Origin: Hypanus sabinus
Lineage: Eukaryota
Length of the DNA: 64,000 bases
Direction of reading: 5' to 3'
NCBI RefSeq assembly: GCF_030144855.1
Contig: NC_082711.1
Span: 111,848,001 to 111,912,000 of the forward strand
In this document: piece by piece, positions 62,859 to 64,000 of the stretch
Layout: each line of letters begins with the position of its first letter
Position numbering within the stretch: position 1 is the first letter of the stretch
The notes under the pieces: generated by a model
What the model was told of the DNA's origin: nothing
What the model saw: the letters and a program-made list of their open reading frames with translations, nothing else
The model's database searches: none
Position numbers and translations under genes: made by a program

Positions 62859-63359
62859 AGTGCTTCTTCCTATAGATGCTGGCTGGCCTGCTGTGTTCCA
62901 CCAGCATTTTGTGTGTGTTGCTCATTGCCTTTTCCTTACGCTTCTTCGTGTTATCTGCCACTGGGCATCCTTCTTCAAATATTGAATACAATTCCTTCTA
63001 GAAAGGAACAGTACCAAAACTGTTATCCAGCACTATGTCACAGAAACAGGCCCTCATTCCATTTAGTCTGTGTCTGCCTAGTCACATCTACCTACACCAT
63101 ATCCCTCCAATCCACGTACTGATCAAAACTTCTCTTGTGTGTTGCAATCAAACTCATAATCCACCACTTCCGCTGGCAGCTCTTTCCACACACTCACCAC
63201 TTTTAAGAGTCTTTTAAGAGACTCCTGGATAGGCACATGGAGCTCAGAAAAAAAGAGGGCTATGGGTAACTTTAGGTAATTTCTAAGGTAAGGACATGTT
63301 CGGCACAGCTTTGCGGGCCGAAGGGCCTGTATTGTGCTGTAGGTTTTCTATGTATAACT

Positions 63360-63635
63360 GCTACTCACTGGATTTTATTTTGCACCATTCTCTGTAAACT
63401 CTAGAGTCTGTTGTGCATGAAAATCCCAGGAGATCAGCAGGTCTGAAATACTCAAACCACCCCATCTGGCACTACCACCACCAGTCAGTTGGATCACATT
63501 TCTTTCCCATTGTTAACAACAATTAAACCTCGACCATTGTCTGCTGCTTTTATGCATTAAGTTGCTGCCATATTATTGGCTGATTACATATTTGCATTAG
63601 TCAGCAGGTGTACCTACTAAAGTGAACACTGAGTA
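63360..63635 (-). mobile_element. Tc1-like non-autonomous element fragment
   Basis: Similar to 38990-39445. Confidence 0.7.
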
Positions 63636-64000
63636 TATTTTTCATGGAATCTTTTGACTTTCCCACACCCAGCAACTCCTACAGTTCTCCTGCCAATTCC
63701 CTACACCTACTGACAACAGTCGTCAGCTAACCTACCAGTTGACACACCTTTGGGATGTGTTGGGGGGGGGGGGGAGAGGGATCATCGAGGGGAATGTGCA
63801 GACCATGCCCATGTTGATGAATATTACAGTACAGCAGCAGTACTAACCATGCTCTCTTCTCACTCTGACCATTGGGGGAAGGAGCTACAGGAGCCTTAGG
63901 TCCCATGCCACCAGGTTCAGGAACCATTATTACCCTACAACCATTAGGATCCTGAACCAACATGGATTACTTGACTCTGAAGTGATTCCAGAACCAATTG

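Larger units (their letters stand above)
61672..62922 (+). mobile_element. Penelope-like element 3' part (GIY-YIG C-terminus plus terminal repeat), interrupted by a solo LTR
   Basis: GDRFAEHLHSV...VATHFN...RLKE|QHLIFR; 10-bp TSD CATTGCCTTT (61662-61671, 62923-62932). Confidence 0.88.

Overview
Eukaryotic, intron-rich vertebrate DNA. The repeat landscape (CR1, Rex/Babar-type LINEs, V-SINE-like SINEs, many Penelope-like elements) suggests a cartilaginous fish, probably a ray (inference). One complete gene was reconstructed by hand on the minus strand: a mitochondrial glutamate carrier of the SLC25A22/SLC25A18 family, most like the slc25a55 paralogue. It has 9 coding exons (47261 to 34880, 990 nt, 329 aa), a non-coding first exon in a CCAAT/CRE-rich CpG-island promoter at ~53.3-53.9 kb, and a ~1.1 kb 3'UTR. 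A second CpG island at ~12.7-13.3 kb carries the probable first exon(s) of another, unidentified minus-strand gene. It is abutted by a ~51-copy 36-bp palindromic CpG-rich minisatellite. Most of the rest is transposon-derived. Most notable: (i) a 519-bp two-LTR mini-Gypsy with matching LTRs, a tRNA-Trp PBS and an 18-codon gag stub; (ii) about 15 Penelope terminal repeats with minimal hammerhead ribozyme motifs, several in fold-back insertions with long TSDs, including a double-nested inverted structure beside the carrier promoter; (iii) four solo LTRs and a young 2.7-kb CR1. No prokaryotic-type system (CRISPR, operon) is present, and almost all short ORFs in the track are repeat remnants or noise. 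All coordinates were read by eye.
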